From assembly GCA_963751275.1 (NCBI GenBank), contig CAVVTZ010000007.1, positions 480,001 through 544,000 on the forward strand: a DNA stretch of 64,000 nucleotides. Direction: 5' to 3'. Below, one piece after another: positions 45,794 to 57,307 of the stretch (its first letter is position 1; every line of letters starts with the position of its first letter). The translations under genes were made by a program, and so were the position numbers. The notes beneath the pieces were generated by a model, which was not told where the DNA came from, made no database searches, and worked only from the letters and a program-made list of their open reading frames with translations. This DNA comes from an uncultured Gemmatimonadaceae bacterium. Lineage in GTDB: Bacteria; Gemmatimonadota; Gemmatimonadetes; Gemmatimonadales; Gemmatimonadaceae.

Positions 45794-48700
45794 ACCTGTT
45801 CGACGTGCTGTCCGCCCAGCGGCGGTTCGTCTATCTCGTGGTGGCGACTGCCAGCGCGGCCGGCATCTGGTCGGCCACGCAGCTGCCGTCGGCGATCTAC
45901 CCGGAGCTGACGTTCCCGCGCGTCACGATCGTGGCGCAGGGCTCGGCGCTCGGCGCGCGCCAGGTGGTGTTCGCGTCACGCGGCCGATCGAGGAGGCGGT
46001 GAGCGTCGTGCCGGGCGTCGATCCGCGTGCACTCGCGCTCGATCCGCGGCTCGAGCGAGATCTCGGTCTACGTTCTCGCCGAACACCGACATGGTCTACG
46101 CGCTGCAGCAGGTGCAGGCGCGCGTCAACCAGGTCGCGGCCCGATCTCCCGCCTGGGCCTCGACGATCGAGGTCGAGCGCCTGACGCCGTCGCTCTTCCC
46201 GATCCTCTCGTACAATCTCGAAGGCGGCGACCCGGCGACGCTGTACGACATCGCGCGCTACCAGATCAAGCCCGTGCTCGTCGCGCGTGCCCGGCGTGGG
46301 GCGCGTCGACGTGCAGGGCACCGACGTGCGGGAGATCGAGGTCATCGCCGACCCGGCGCGGCTCGCCGTCGCTCGGGCTGACCTACGACGACCTCGCCAG
46401 CGGCGATCCAGCAGGCGATCGCGGTCGACGCCGTCGGGCGGGTCGCCGCAGGACTACAAGCAGTATCTGATCGTGACCGACCAGGAAGCGCACACCCCCG
46501 AGGACATCGGCGAACGTCGTCATCGCCAACGGCGCGTGCGCGTGCGCGACCTGGCCACGCGTCATGCTCGGCACCGAGGACCACGTGCGCATCATCGCCG
46601 GCGACGGCAAGCCGGCCGCGCTGCTCAACATCACGCGCCAGATCGGCGGCAACACGGTCGCGATCGCCGACAGCGTCGCAGCGCGATGGCGGCGCTGGCG
46701 CCGACGCTGCCGCCGGGCGTGCACCTCAAGCCGCTCTACGACCAGGCGTCGCTGGTGCGCGACGCGGTGCAGTCGGTGCGCGACGCGATGCTCATCGGCG
46801 CGGTGCTCGCGGTCATCATCCTGCTTGCTCTTCCTGCGCCATGCGCCGCATCACCGCGATCAGCGCGACGTCGATCCCGCTCACGCTCGTGATCACCGTG
46901 CTTCGTGATGCGCCTGGTCGGCCAGACGTTCAATCTGATGACGCTCGGCGCGATGGCCATCGCGATCGGGCTGGTGATCGACGACGCCGTCGTGATCACC
47001 GAGAACATCGCGCGCCACCTTCGCCTCACGCGCGATCGCCACGCGGCGATCCGCGAGGCGGTGCAGGAGCTGATCTGGCCGGTGACGACCTCGACGATCA
47101 CGACGGTGGTGGTCTTCCTGCCGCTCGGCCTGCTCGAGGGGGTCGTGGGCCAGTTCTTCACCGCCCTCGTCGCTCACGCTCACGATCGCCGTGCTGGTGT
47201 CGCTGGTGCTCGCGCTCACGATCATCCCGCTGCTCAGCGCGCAGTTCGTCTCCGACGCACGACGCGGAGGCGAGCGGGCCGCAGGCGCGGCGTGCTCGCC
47301 GCGTCGGGCGCGCGCTCGATGGACTGTCCGCGACGCTACGAGCGAGCGCTCGCTGGACGCGGTGCTGCACCACCCGCGCCGCGTCGTCGGCGGCCGCGCT
47401 CGGCTGGTGGCTGGGTGGCGTGCGTCGCCTACCGGTTCGTGGGCACCGGCGTTCCTGCCGGAGATGGACGAGGGGGCGTTCGTGCTCGACTACTGGAGCG
47501 CCGGGCGGCACGTCGCTCGCCGAGACGCGACCGCGAGGTGCACACCGTCGGAGCAGATCCTCGCGGCGACCCCGGAGATCGACCGGCACGTCGCGGCGCA
47601 CGGGCGCCGAGCTCGGCCTGTTCGCGACCGAGCAGAATCGCGGCGACATGGTGGCGCGCCTCAAGCCGCGAGCCGAGCGCGACCGCGTCCATCTTCGAGG
47701 TGATCGACGACGTGCGCGCGAAGGTCGACGGCGGCGGTGCCGCGCCTGCACGTCGAGTTCGTGCAGATCCTCTCGGACGTGATCAACGACCTCGCCGGCG
47801 CGGCGAAGCCGGTCGAGATCAAGCTGTTCGGCGCCAGATCTCGACGCGCTCGAGGCGTACGCCGGGCGCTGGTGCGCCGACGCTCGGCAAGGTGGACGGC
47901 GCTGGAGGATCTCTACGACGGCGTCAGCGAGCCGGCGGCGGAGATGCTGCTGCAAGGTCGACGCGCGCGGAGGCGGCCGGATCGGGCTGACGCCGGAGCA
48001 GGTGAGCGGCGAGGTGAGCGGCGCGCTGCTCGGCGTCGAACGCCGGCGAGGTTCGCCTCGACGATCGCGTCGATCGACGTGCGCGTGCGCGCGCCGGATT
48101 CCGTGCGCTTCGACCCGCTGCGGCTCGGCGCGCTGCCCGTGTTCTGCCGCGCATCGCGGCAGTGCCACGCTCTCGGCGCTCGCGACCTTCAGCCGGTGGA
48201 GACGCGTGCCGAGCTGACACGCGAGAACCAGCAGCAGATGATCGCCATGACGGCCGACGTCGAGCGGCCGCTCGCTGGGCGCAGCGTGATGGACGACGTG
48301 AAGCGCGGTGCTGGCCGCGAATCCGCCGCCGACGGGCATCCGCCTCGAGCTCGGCGGGCAGTACGCGAGCCAGCAGGATGCGTTCCGCGGCGCTGCTGAT
48401 GGTGCTCGCGCTCGCCGCGGTGAGCGTCATGGCGGTGATGGTGCTGCAGTTCGAGTCGTTCGTCGAGCCGCTGGTCGTGCTGCTCGCCGCGCCGCGTCTC
48501 GTTCGTCGGGGCGGTGGTGCTGCTGCTCGTGACCGGCACGCGCGCTCAACGTCTCCAGTCGTTCATGGGGCTGATCCTGCTGGTGGGGCTGATCGTCAAG
48601 AACGGCATCATCCTGCTCGACTTCACGCGACGGCGCATGCGGTTCGACGGGGTGCCGCTCGAGCACGGCGATCCGCGAGGCGGCGCGCGTGCGGCTCCGG

Positions 48701-48908
48701 CCGATCCTGATGACGACGCTGTGCACGCTGTTCGGGCTGCTGCCGCTCGCGCTCGGCCTGGGCGCCGGGCAGCGAGCTGCAGCGGCCGCTCGCGCTGGCG
48801 GTGATCGGCGGGCTCGCGCTCTCGACGCCGATCACGTTGTTCGTCGTGCCCACCCTGCTCGTGGCGATCCGCGGGCGGGATTTCACTCTCAGCAGGAGCT
48901 CCAGATGA
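45790..48908 (+). CDS. RND efflux permease, CusA/CzcA-like (heavily frameshifted)
   Basis: IYPELTFP, NLMTLGAMAIAIGLVIDDAVVITENI, FLPEMDEG, GLIVKNGI, RLRPILMTT, QRPLALAVIGG. Confidence 0.88.
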
Positions 48909-49915
48909 AGACTTTCCTGGCCCTGGCGGCCGTTGCGGCGATCGCTCTCGCGTCGCCGAACTACCACGTGGTGCGCAAGCTGGCCGTGGGCGGCGACGGC
49001 GGATGGGATTATCTCACCGTCGACACCGTGAACCACAAGCTGTACGTATCGCGCGGCACGCACGTGATGATCATCGACACCGACAACGAGAAGGTCGTCG
49101 GCGACATCCCCGATACGATGGGCGTGCACGGCATCGCGATCGCGAACGACCTGAACCGCGGCTACACGAGCAACGGACGTGACTCGAGCGTCACGATCTT
49201 CGACCTCAAGACGTTCTCGGTGATCGCGAACGTGAAGGTCGGGCAGCGCAACCCCGACGCGATCCTGTACGAGCCCACCACGAAGCGCGTGTTCACCTTC
49301 AACGGCGGCAGCTCGAACGCCACCGCGCTCGACGCGGTGACGGGCGCCGTGATCGGCACCGTGCCGCTCACGGGGAAGCCCGAGTTCGCGCAGCATGATG
49401 GCAAGGGCACCGTGTTCGTGAACATCGAGAACAAGGATGGCGCGGTCACGGCCATCAACGCGAAGACGCTCGTCGCGCAGGCACCCTGGATGATGGCCGG
49501 CTGCGAGGAGCCGAGCGGCCTCGCGATCGACCGCGGCCACGGCGTGCTCTTCTCGACGTGCGGCAACAAGGTGATGGCGATCACGGACGACAAGACCGGG
49601 AAGCAGATCGCGACCGTCCCGATCGGCCAGGGCGTGGATGCCGGCGCGTTCGATGCGGGCACGCAGCTCGCGTTCGCGTCGAACGGTGAGGGCACGATCA
49701 CGGTCGTGAAGTCCACGGGCCCGGGCGCCTACGCCGTGGCCGCCACGGTGCCGACGCAGGCCCGCGCCCGCACCATGGCGCTCGATGAACGCACGCACCG
49801 GATCTACACGGTGACGGCTGATTTCGGGGCGGCGCCGGCGCCCACGGCGGATAACCCGCGCCCGCGGCCGCCAATAATGCCCGGGTCCTTCGTCGTGCTC
49901 GTGCTGGAGCCGTAG
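48905..49915 (+). CDS. YncE-family beta-propeller protein
   Basis: Signal peptide, GGWDYLTVD, GVHGIA, GCEEPSGLAID, ARTMALD. Confidence 0.88.
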   Translation: MKTFLALAAVAAIALASPNYHVVRKLAVGGDGGWDYLTVDTVNHKLYVSRGTHVMIIDTDNEKVVGDIPDTMGVHGIAIANDLNRGYTSNGRDSSVTIFDLKTFSVIANVKVGQRNPDAILYEPTTKRVFTFNGGSSNATALDAVTGAVIGTVPLTGKPEFAQHDGKGTVFVNIENKDGAVTAINAKTLVAQAPWMMAGCEEPSGLAIDRGHGVLFSTCGNKVMAITDDKTGKQIATVPIGQGVDAGAFDAGTQLAFASNGEGTITVVKSTGPGAYAVAATVPTQARARTMALDERTHRIYTVTADFGAAPAPTADNPRPRPPIMPGSFVVLVLEP

Positions 49916-49935
49916 ATCGCGGGTGACCGTGGTTC

Positions 49936-50077
49936 AGCAACGGCAACAAACTGCTTTGACAGGATTACAGGATTACGGGACCACAACGGGATGAACGGCC
50001 TGAGAATTCTCAGGCCGTTCATCCCGTTGTGGTCCCGTAATCCTGTAATCCTGTCAAAGCAGTTTGTCGCCGTTGCT
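49936..50077. repeat. Foldback palindromic element, copy D
   Basis: 71-bp arms, one mismatch, no loop (centre TGAGAATTCTCA). Confidence 0.95.
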
Positions 50078-50085
50078 CTACCCGC

Positions 50086-53065
50086 TCATTGCAACGTGAA
50101 TACCGCCCGCGCGCCATCCATCTTGATCGATCCCTCCGTCAGAAAGACTCTCTCGGATTCGATCTTGTTCGCCGGCACGCTCAGCAGGTAGTCCAGGCAT
50201 GCCTTGGCGCGCGCGGTCGCGAGGAGAATGCAGGTCGTCGGGCGAGATCACGATCGTCGCCAAGAGCCGCCGCTCCATCTCGGCGGCGGGGTAGGGCGGC
50301 GCGGCGCTCTTCGACTTCTTCGCGGCGGCCACTGCGCTGTCGGCCGGGAACGCGGCGTCGAACGCGGCGGTGAGCATCTTCGCGCGCTCGTCCACGGTGA
50401 GCATCACGCTGTCCACCGGCGGGGTGTTCGGGTCCTTCGCCTTGAGCGCGGTCCACTTCTTGAGCCGGAACTGCGCCTCCAGCTTCGCCGCCTTGAGCGC
50501 CGCCGGGTCGGCCACGGTGTCCACCGCGCCCGCGATCTCCAGTTTCAGCGCCGGCCGCTCATAGAGCGATTTCGCGAGCACGTCCATCTTCTTCACTTCC
50601 GACGCCGACAGCGTGGAACTTCCCTCGGCGAACTCGGCGTAACTCAAGTCCACGTTCGCGCCCGCGCCGAACATCCCGCCCAGCAGCTTGAAGGGCGACG
50701 TGATCAGCTTGGTCAGCACGTTCAGGATCGCCCGTCCGATCACGCGGCCGAAATGGAAATCCGGATCGTCCAGATTCCCCTCGATCGGCACGTCGAACAC
50801 GATCTGCCCGTTGCGGTCGCGCATGATCGCGAAGCCGAGCTTCACCGGCATCTTCGTCGCCTCGGGACTGTTCGTTTGGTCGCCGAAGGTGAACTCGTCG
50901 AGGGTAAGCTTGTTCTCGGACTTGAGCTGGCGGCCCACCACCCGGTACTTCATCTCGACCTTCATCTTGCCCTTCGAGATCAGATAGCCGAGGTATTTCC
51001 CGGAATACGGGCCCACGGGGATCAGCTCCATCCCCTGCAGGTCCACCGTGAGGTCGCTGCCCTCCTTGTCGCTGAGCGGATTGAAGCTCCCGGTGATCTT
51101 CACGGGCGCCACGTTGTCGACGGACGCGGTCAGGTCGAGCGTGCCGGTGCCGAGCGAGTCGGAGGAGAGCCTGCCGGTCACGGCATTGATCTTGGTGACG
51201 CTGAAGGCCACCGCTGGCTGCAGCGACTTGTCGTCGAGCGCGATCGAGCCGTTCGTGATCTTGATGCGGCCGATGGAGGTCTTGGCGGCGGAACTGACTT
51301 GACTGCGTGAGCCGGCGCCGGACGCAGGGTGTGCGGCGACAGTCTTCGGTGGCGGCGGCGCCGAGTCGTGCGCCACGGTCGAATCCGCTCTCGCGCTGTC
51401 GCCGCCGGAGCGCGGGAAGATCGTGCTCATCGACGACCGGCCGTCCTCGGCGATCCGGAAGACGACCGACGGATCGTCGAGACGGATCTCCTTCATCGTG
51501 AGCTTGTTCGCCTTGTAGGCGTAGTCCACGCCGGTGAAACGGAGCGCCGAGAAGCTCAGGAAGGGCAGGCGGTCCTTGCCATCCACCGTCGCGAAGCGTT
51601 CGATGCGAAGATCGCCCTTGTACGTGAAATCCGGATGGAGCGAGTCGGCGATGTTGTACGTGATGCGCGCGTCGGTGGCGAGCCGGCCGTCGCTGATCAC
51701 GAGGTTCATCGCCGGCTTGCCGTAGGGGTCGAACGGCCGCAGCGACACCGCGCGCGCGGACACCGCGAGGTCGCCCGTGTGCTTCCAGATCGCGATGCTG
51801 CCGTCGGCCTTGAGAGCGCCGTTCGGCGCCCACGTCGCGGTCGCGTGCAACGGCGACACGCGCGCCGAGTCGTTCGCGATGCTGTCGAACGTCACCGAGG
51901 CGTTCGTGATCGCGATGACCGCGGGCTTCGCCGTGGAGGAGTCGATGAAATTCACGGCGTAACTGTCCGCCGCGACGTGCGCGATGAGCCAGCGCCAGGG
52001 CGCGGGCGTTTTCGCGGGCGCTGACGCCTTCGCGAGCGCGGCGCCGGAGTCGCTGCGCATCACCATCAATCGCATCACGTTGATCGTGCTGTCCTTGTTC
52101 CGCAGCGCATTCAGCACACCGGCGCGCGACGTGATCTCGCCCACGTACGCCTTCCGCGCCAGCGCATCCACGCTCACGCGTCCCACCACCAGTTCGCGCA
52201 CGCGCACCGCGGTGTCGGTGCGCCCGCGCTCCACGATCGCGAGGTCACCCACGCGCAGCTCGCCGCCGCTCATCTGCATCTTGCGCGCCTGTGGCGTGAA
52301 GTCGACGTCGTATTTCGCCTTGATCCCTGCGATGCCGCGCACGACATTGAATGCGACGGTCCGCTCGTAGAAGGGCCCGTACTTGGGCAGCTTGAGGCTG
52401 TCGAGCGAGAACTCGCCGGCGGAGCGCAGCGGGTCCGTCCCGAGAGTGCCCGCCCACGCGAACGACTCGCCGCTCTCGGTGCGCCCCGAGAACGAGTAGC
52501 GGCTGTTGTTGTCGCGGCGCGTCGCGAACGCCGCCAGGTCGATGCGCCAGGGGCCGATCGTCGTGGCGAAGGGCCGCCCGGTGGCGCTGTCCACCACGTC
52601 GAGCCGGGCGTCCACGATGTGCAGGGCGTCGATCGACACCACCGGCGCCGGCCCCGAGCTGGGCGCCGCCTTCATCGAGTCCACGATGTCCGTCACGTTC
52701 AGCGAGCCGTCGCGCCGGATCACCATGCGCCCATACGGCCGCACCAGCCGGACCTCCTTGAAATCGGCTTCGCGGCGCAGCACTGAGATCAGCTCGAAAT
52801 TGATGTAGAACTCATCCCACGCGAACAGCATCGCGCCGTCCTTGTCCGCCACGCGCAGGCTGTCCACCGTCACCGAAAGCGAGAACGGATTCACTCTCAC
52901 CGGCCCCACCGCGGCTGGGCGGTGCAGCGTGGCCGACACCTGGCGCGCCAGCTTCCCGCGCACGATCCCCGGGGCGATGAAGAAACCGGCGATGGCGTAC
53001 ACTGCCACGAGCGCGACGATGATGCCGATGATCCACGTGAGCCGCGGCGAGAGATTGATTCTCAT
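50086..53065 (-). CDS. DUF748 / AsmA-like envelope protein with OmpA-like tail (frameshift near 50225)
   Basis: N-terminal TM, VRVNPFSL, YSGKYLGY.I.KGK, DVPIEGNLDDPDF, LITSPFKLLG, RPALKLEI. Confidence 0.85.
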
Positions 53066-53102
53066 CAGACAGAGTCTATTCGGAGCACCCGCCCGCGGCC
53101 AG

Positions 53103-53257
53103 CGGGAGCAACGGCAACACACTGCATTTGACAGGATGACAGGATGAACAGGATAACTGCTGATGACCGCTTGAGGCGGCCCCGCCTCAAGCGGTCATCA
53201 GCAGTTATCCTGTTCATCCTGTCATCCTGTCAAAGCAGTGTGTTGCCGTTGCTCCCG
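53103..53257. repeat. Foldback palindromic element, copy E
   Basis: CGGGAGCAACGGCAACACACTGCATTTGACAGGATGACAGGATGAACAGGATAACTGCTGATGACCGCTTGAGGCGG-CC-reverse complement; one bulged base. Confidence 0.95.
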
Positions 53258-53297
53258 AGCCAGCCATGGGCCTCAGCAATGGAGTAACTTTCCGGAC

Positions 53298-53991
53298 ATG
53301 CCCCCCAAGCGCGCTGTCGTTCTCCTCTCCGGCGGACTCGATTCCGCCACGACGCTCGCCATCGCACGCGCCGAAGGCTATGAGACCGCACGCGCTCTCC
53401 TTCCGCTACGGCCAGCGGCACGCCGGCGAGCTCGAGTTCGCGGCGCGCCTCGCGAAGGTGCTTGGCGCCAAGCGGCACGTCGTCACCGAGATCGACCTGC
53501 GCGCCTTCGGCGGCTCCGCGCTCACCGCGGAGATCGCGGTGCCGAAGCACGAGCGCGCCGAGGAGATCGGCGGCGGGATCCCGGTCACCTACGTTCCAGC
53601 CCGAAACACGATCTTCCTGAGCTTCGCACTCGCCTTCGCGGAGGTGTCGGGCGCCGAGGACATCTTCATTGGCGTGAACGCGCTGGATTACTCGGGCTAT
53701 CCCGATTGCCGGCCGGAGTACCTCGCGAGCTTCGAGCAGATGGCGAACCTCGCAACGCGCGCCGGCGTGGAGGGCGGCCACCTGCGCATCCACGCGCCGC
53801 TGCTCGATCTCACGAAATCGGAGATCATCAAGCGCGGGCTCGCGCTGGGCGTGGACTATTCGCTCACACGGAGCTGCTACGATCCGCGCGCCGATGGCGC
53901 GAGCTGCGGCCGATGCGACGCATGCCTGCTGCGGCTGCGCGGCTTCGAGCAGGCGGGCGCGAAGGACCCGATCCCGTACGCGAAGCCGTGA
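53298..53991 (+). CDS. queC: 7-cyano-7-deazaguanine synthase (frameshift near 53385)
   Basis: [41 protein letters not shown]. Confidence 0.95.
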
Positions 53992-54623
53992 CGTACACGG
54001 TGAAGGAGATCTACTGCACGCTGCAGGGCGAAGGCGCACAGACGGGCCACGCCGCCGTCTTCCTGCGCTTCGCGGGCTGCAATCTGTGGACCGGACGCGA
54101 AGCCGACCGTGCGGGCGCGGTGTGCACCTTCTGCGACACCGACTTCGTGGGCACGGACGGTCCGAACGGCGGGAAGTTCGAAAGCGGCGAGGCGCTCGCG
54201 GCGGCGGTGGAGGCGCAGTGGCCCGCGTCGTCGCCGGCAAACCGGCTGGTGGTGTGCACCGGCGGCGAGCCCACGCTGCAGCTCGACGCGCCGGCGGTGG
54301 ACGCGCTGCACGCGCGCGGGTTCCGAGTGGCGATCGAGACCAACGGCACGCAGCCGCTGAAGGCGCCGGTGGATTGGGTGTGCGTGAGCCCCAAGGCGCA
54401 GGCGGCGCTCGTGCTGCGCGCGGGCGACGAGCTCAAGTTGGTCTATCCGCAGGAGACCGCGCCGCCGGATCGCTTCGAGAAACTGGACTTCGCGCATTTC
54501 TTCCTGCAGCCCATGGATGGGCCCGACCGCGAGCGGAACACGGCGCTCGCGATCCAGTATTGCCTGCAGCACCCGCGCTGGCGGCTGAGTGTCCAGACGC
54601 ATAAACTGCTCGGTCTTCCCTAG
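53988..54623 (+). CDS. queE: 7-carboxy-7-deazaguanine synthase, Cx14CxxC type
   Basis: [46 protein letters not shown]. Confidence 0.95.
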   Translation: MTYTVKEIYCTLQGEGAQTGHAAVFLRFAGCNLWTGREADRAGAVCTFCDTDFVGTDGPNGGKFESGEALAAAVEAQWPASSPANRLVVCTGGEPTLQLDAPAVDALHARGFRVAIETNGTQPLKAPVDWVCVSPKAQAALVLRAGDELKLVYPQETAPPDRFEKLDFAHFFLQPMDGPDRERNTALAIQYCLQHPRWRLSVQTHKLLGLP

Positions 54624-54633
54624 CCGACCGCCG

Positions 54634-54993
54634 ATGGAGATATTCAGAGAGTTCAGTTTCGAGGCGGCCCACCGGCTGCCGAACGTCCCCGACGGCCACA
54701 AGTGCGCGCGGCTCCACGGGCACTCGTTCTACGTGATCGTGCACGTGACGGGCCCGCTCGACGCGCGGCTCGGCTGGGTCATGGATTTCGCGGAAGTGAA
54801 AGCGGCCGCCGCGCCGCTGATCGATATGCTCGATCATCGTTACTTGAACGAGATCGACGGGCTCGACAATCCCACCAGCGAGCAGGTCGCGCGCTGGATC
54901 TGGGAGCGCCTCGCGCCGAAGCTGGCGGGCCTTTCCGCCATCACCGTGAAGGAGACGTGCACCTCGGGATGCACCTATCGCGGCGAACCATGA
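54634..54993 (+). CDS. queD: 6-carboxytetrahydropterin synthase
   Basis: [30 protein letters not shown]. Confidence 0.95.
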   Translation: MEIFREFSFEAAHRLPNVPDGHKCARLHGHSFYVIVHVTGPLDARLGWVMDFAEVKAAAAPLIDMLDHRYLNEIDGLDNPTSEQVARWIWERLAPKLAGLSAITVKETCTSGCTYRGEP

Positions 54994-55016
54994 TCCACCA
55001 GACGGGGAGAGCAGAC

Positions 55017-55613
55017 ATGCGGATCGTTCCTGTACGAACAGCGGGCGTGCTGGCGCGGGCGTTCTCGGTGGCGGCGGTGGCCGCGGTGATGGGCTGCAGT
55101 TCGCTCACCGTGAACACCGACTGGAACACCACCATCGACTTCACGCAGTACAAGACCTGGAACTTCAAGATCGACACCCTGCCGTACTCGACGTTCACGC
55201 AGGACCGGATCCGCAACGCGATCGCGGGCCAGATGATGAAGCACGGCGTGACCCGCGATACGCTCAACCCGCAGCTGCTCGTCATCTACCGGATTAATCT
55301 CAGCAGCCAGACGCAGGTGCAGACGGTGGGCTACGGCGGCTACGGCTACGGCCCGGCATGGGGCGGCTACGGCGGCTACTGGGGCGGTTACGGCGGGGGC
55401 GTGTCGACCACCACGGTGTCGCAGATCCCCCTGGGCGCGCTCACGCTCGCGATGGTGGACACGAAGCTCAACCAGCTCGTGTGGCGCGGGGAGGCGAACG
55501 CGCAGCTCAACGACAACCAGTCGAACGCGCAGCTCGTGCAGGACGCGATGACGCAGTTGTTCGCGCAATTCCCGCCGAAAGCGGGCGTGATGCCGAGCAG
55601 CACCCAGTTCTAG
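55017..55613 (+). CDS. DUF4136 family lipoprotein
   Basis: VMGC lipobox, DFTQYKTW, Gly/Tyr-rich linker, LVWRG, QFPP. Confidence 0.85.
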   Translation: MRIVPVRTAGVLARAFSVAAVAAVMGCSSLTVNTDWNTTIDFTQYKTWNFKIDTLPYSTFTQDRIRNAIAGQMMKHGVTRDTLNPQLLVIYRINLSSQTQVQTVGYGGYGYGPAWGGYGGYWGGYGGGVSTTTVSQIPLGALTLAMVDTKLNQLVWRGEANAQLNDNQSNAQLVQDAMTQLFAQFPPKAGVMPSSTQF

Positions 55614-55635
55614 CGCCGGATCGGATGTGAACGGA

Positions 55636-55670
55636 GCGCGGCGGACTGGCCACACGGCGGTCCGCCGCGC
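55636..55670. terminator. GC-rich hairpin, possible terminator
   Basis: GCGCGGCGGAC..GTCCGCCGCGC after the stop codon, followed by ACGTTT. Confidence 0.5.
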
Positions 55671-55774
55671 ACGTTTCATCGGCAACGGCGGGAACTAATC
55701 CCCCCGTCGGGCCGTATCTTCTTCAGCCTGCCGCACGACGCGGCCGCGCTCACCCCGTACAAGGATCGCCGATC

Positions 55775-56395
55775 GTGAATCTCACCACCCGCCGCACCCT
55801 CACCGCGCTGGCCACCGTGGCCACGTTCGCCGCGCTCGGCGCCTGCGCGAACTCGGTGGATGTGAACACCGACTGGAATCCGAACATCGATTTCAGCCAG
55901 TACAAGACGTTCGCTTTCCTCCCCGACACGGTGGACAAGGCGCTGCCGCCATTCGCGAATGACCGGCTGAAGGCGGCGATCGATTCGGCGCTCAAGAAGC
56001 GCGGCCTCGTCGAGGTGACGTCGGATCCGCAGCTCTACGCCACCTTCCGTGCGAACACGCACAAGGAGACGCAGTACACCACCGTGAGCACGGGCTACGG
56101 CTACGGCGCGGGCTGGGGCGGCTGGGGCGGCTACGGCTACGGCGGCTACTACGGCGGCATGGGCTACGGCGGCGTCGGCGTCTCGACCACCACGCAGCAG
56201 CAGATCCCCATGGGCAACCTCATCGTCGTGCTCGTGGACACGAAGCTCAACCAGATGGTGTGGCGCGGCAACGCGAAGGCCGAGATCGCGGAGGACATGC
56301 AGGGACGCGCGCAGCAGCTCGAGAGCGCGATGAACCAGATGTTCTACGCCTTCCCGCCCAAGAAGGGGCAGCAGCCGGGGGCCTCGGAGTATTAG
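55775..56395 (+). CDS. DUF4136 family lipoprotein (tandem paralog)
   Basis: LGAC lipobox, DFSQYKTF, Gly/Tyr-rich linker, MVWRG, AFPP. Confidence 0.85.
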   Translation: MNLTTRRTLTALATVATFAALGACANSVDVNTDWNPNIDFSQYKTFAFLPDTVDKALPPFANDRLKAAIDSALKKRGLVEVTSDPQLYATFRANTHKETQYTTVSTGYGYGAGWGGWGGYGYGGYYGGMGYGGVGVSTTTQQQIPMGNLIVVLVDTKLNQMVWRGNAKAEIAEDMQGRAQQLESAMNQMFYAFPPKKGQQPGASEY

Positions 56396-56405
56396 CGTCG
56401 ACCTG

Positions 56406-56529
56406 AACTGCTTTTGACAGGATGAGCGGGATGAGAACAGCATAAGAGCGGATGAACGGCCTGATGATCATCAGGCCGTTCATCCGCTCTTATGCTGTTC
56501 TCATCCCGTTCATCCTGTCAAAAGCAGTT
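56406..56529. repeat. Foldback palindromic element, copy F
   Basis: 62-bp arms, one G/T mismatch, no loop (centre CTGATGATCATCAG). Confidence 0.95.
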
Positions 56530-56617
56530 GTTCTCGGTAACAAAGGCGCCCCGCCAGGTCTCCGGGCGGGGCGTCCTTCATTAGAGACGCCAGCGCGCCC
56601 CGGGTCGTCCTAGGAAC

Positions 56618-57307
56618 ATGACCGAGACCACCACCGGACCGTCCAGGCGGTTCCTCAAGACGCGGCAGCGGGCATGGGCGGGCGACCTCGCGCGCCGGCT
56701 CGCGCACATGGGCGCGACGCCGAACATGGTGTCCGTGGCCGGCATGGTGTTCGCGGCGCTCGCCGGCCTCGCATTCATGAACGTCACTCCCGATACCGCG
56801 CACCCCGCTCGATTCTGGATCCTGGGCGCCGCGTTCGTGCAGCTCCGCCTGCTCTGCAACATGCTCGACGGACTGCTCGCGATCGAAGGCGGCATGAAGG
56901 GGAAGCTCGGCGAACTCTGGAACGACATCCCCGACCGTCTCTCCGACTCGCTCATCCTCGTGGGCGCCGGCTACTCCGTGGAGTGGCTCGTGCCCGGCGG
57001 TTCGGCGCTCGGCTGGTGCGCCGCGCTCTTCGCCATGATGACCGCGTACGTGCGCACGCTCGGTGGCGCGCTCGGCACGCCGCAGTATTTCACCGGCCCC
57101 ATGGCCAAGCAGCACCGGATGTTCGTCATCACCCTCGGCGCGCTCTTCGCGGCCTTTCAGACGTCCTCGTTCCAGGCGACGAGCTGGGCGATGGAGTCCT
57201 TCCGGCCCGGCTGGGCGATGGCGCCCGCGCTCATCGTCATCGTGCTCGGCTCGGCGGTGACCGTCGTGCGGCGCATCCAGCTGGTCGCCCGCGATCTCTC
57301 GGCGTGA
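56618..57307 (+). CDS. CDP-alcohol phosphatidyltransferase (YnbA-like)
   Basis: TPNMVS, QLRLLCNMLDGLLA, GELWNDIPDRLSD, GPMAKQHR. Confidence 0.88.
   Translation: MTETTTGPSRRFLKTRQRAWAGDLARRLAHMGATPNMVSVAGMVFAALAGLAFMNVTPDTAHPARFWILGAAFVQLRLLCNMLDGLLAIEGGMKGKLGELWNDIPDRLSDSLILVGAGYSVEWLVPGGSALGWCAALFAMMTAYVRTLGGALGTPQYFTGPMAKQHRMFVITLGALFAAFQTSSFQATSWAMESFRPGWAMAPALIVIVLGSAVTVVRRIQLVARDLSA

Noticed and set aside
48689..49915. Apparent RND-YncE fusion ORF
   Set aside because: Caused by a frameshift near 48770; YncE has its own RBS, ATG (48905) and signal peptide
49804..50191. Two opposite-strand ORFs with an identical N-terminus (MNGLRILRPFIPLWSRNPVILSKQF); likewise the MQSCHPVK ORFs at copy B and MCCRCSR ORFs at copy E
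   Set aside because: A direct consequence of the DNA palindromes, not genes
53238..54623. Apparent QueC-QueE fusion ORF
   Set aside because: Frameshift artefact near 53385; queC and queE overlap by GTGA at 53988-53991
55330..55400. GGCTAC/GGCGGC repeats
   Set aside because: They encode the Gly-Tyr linker of DUF4136
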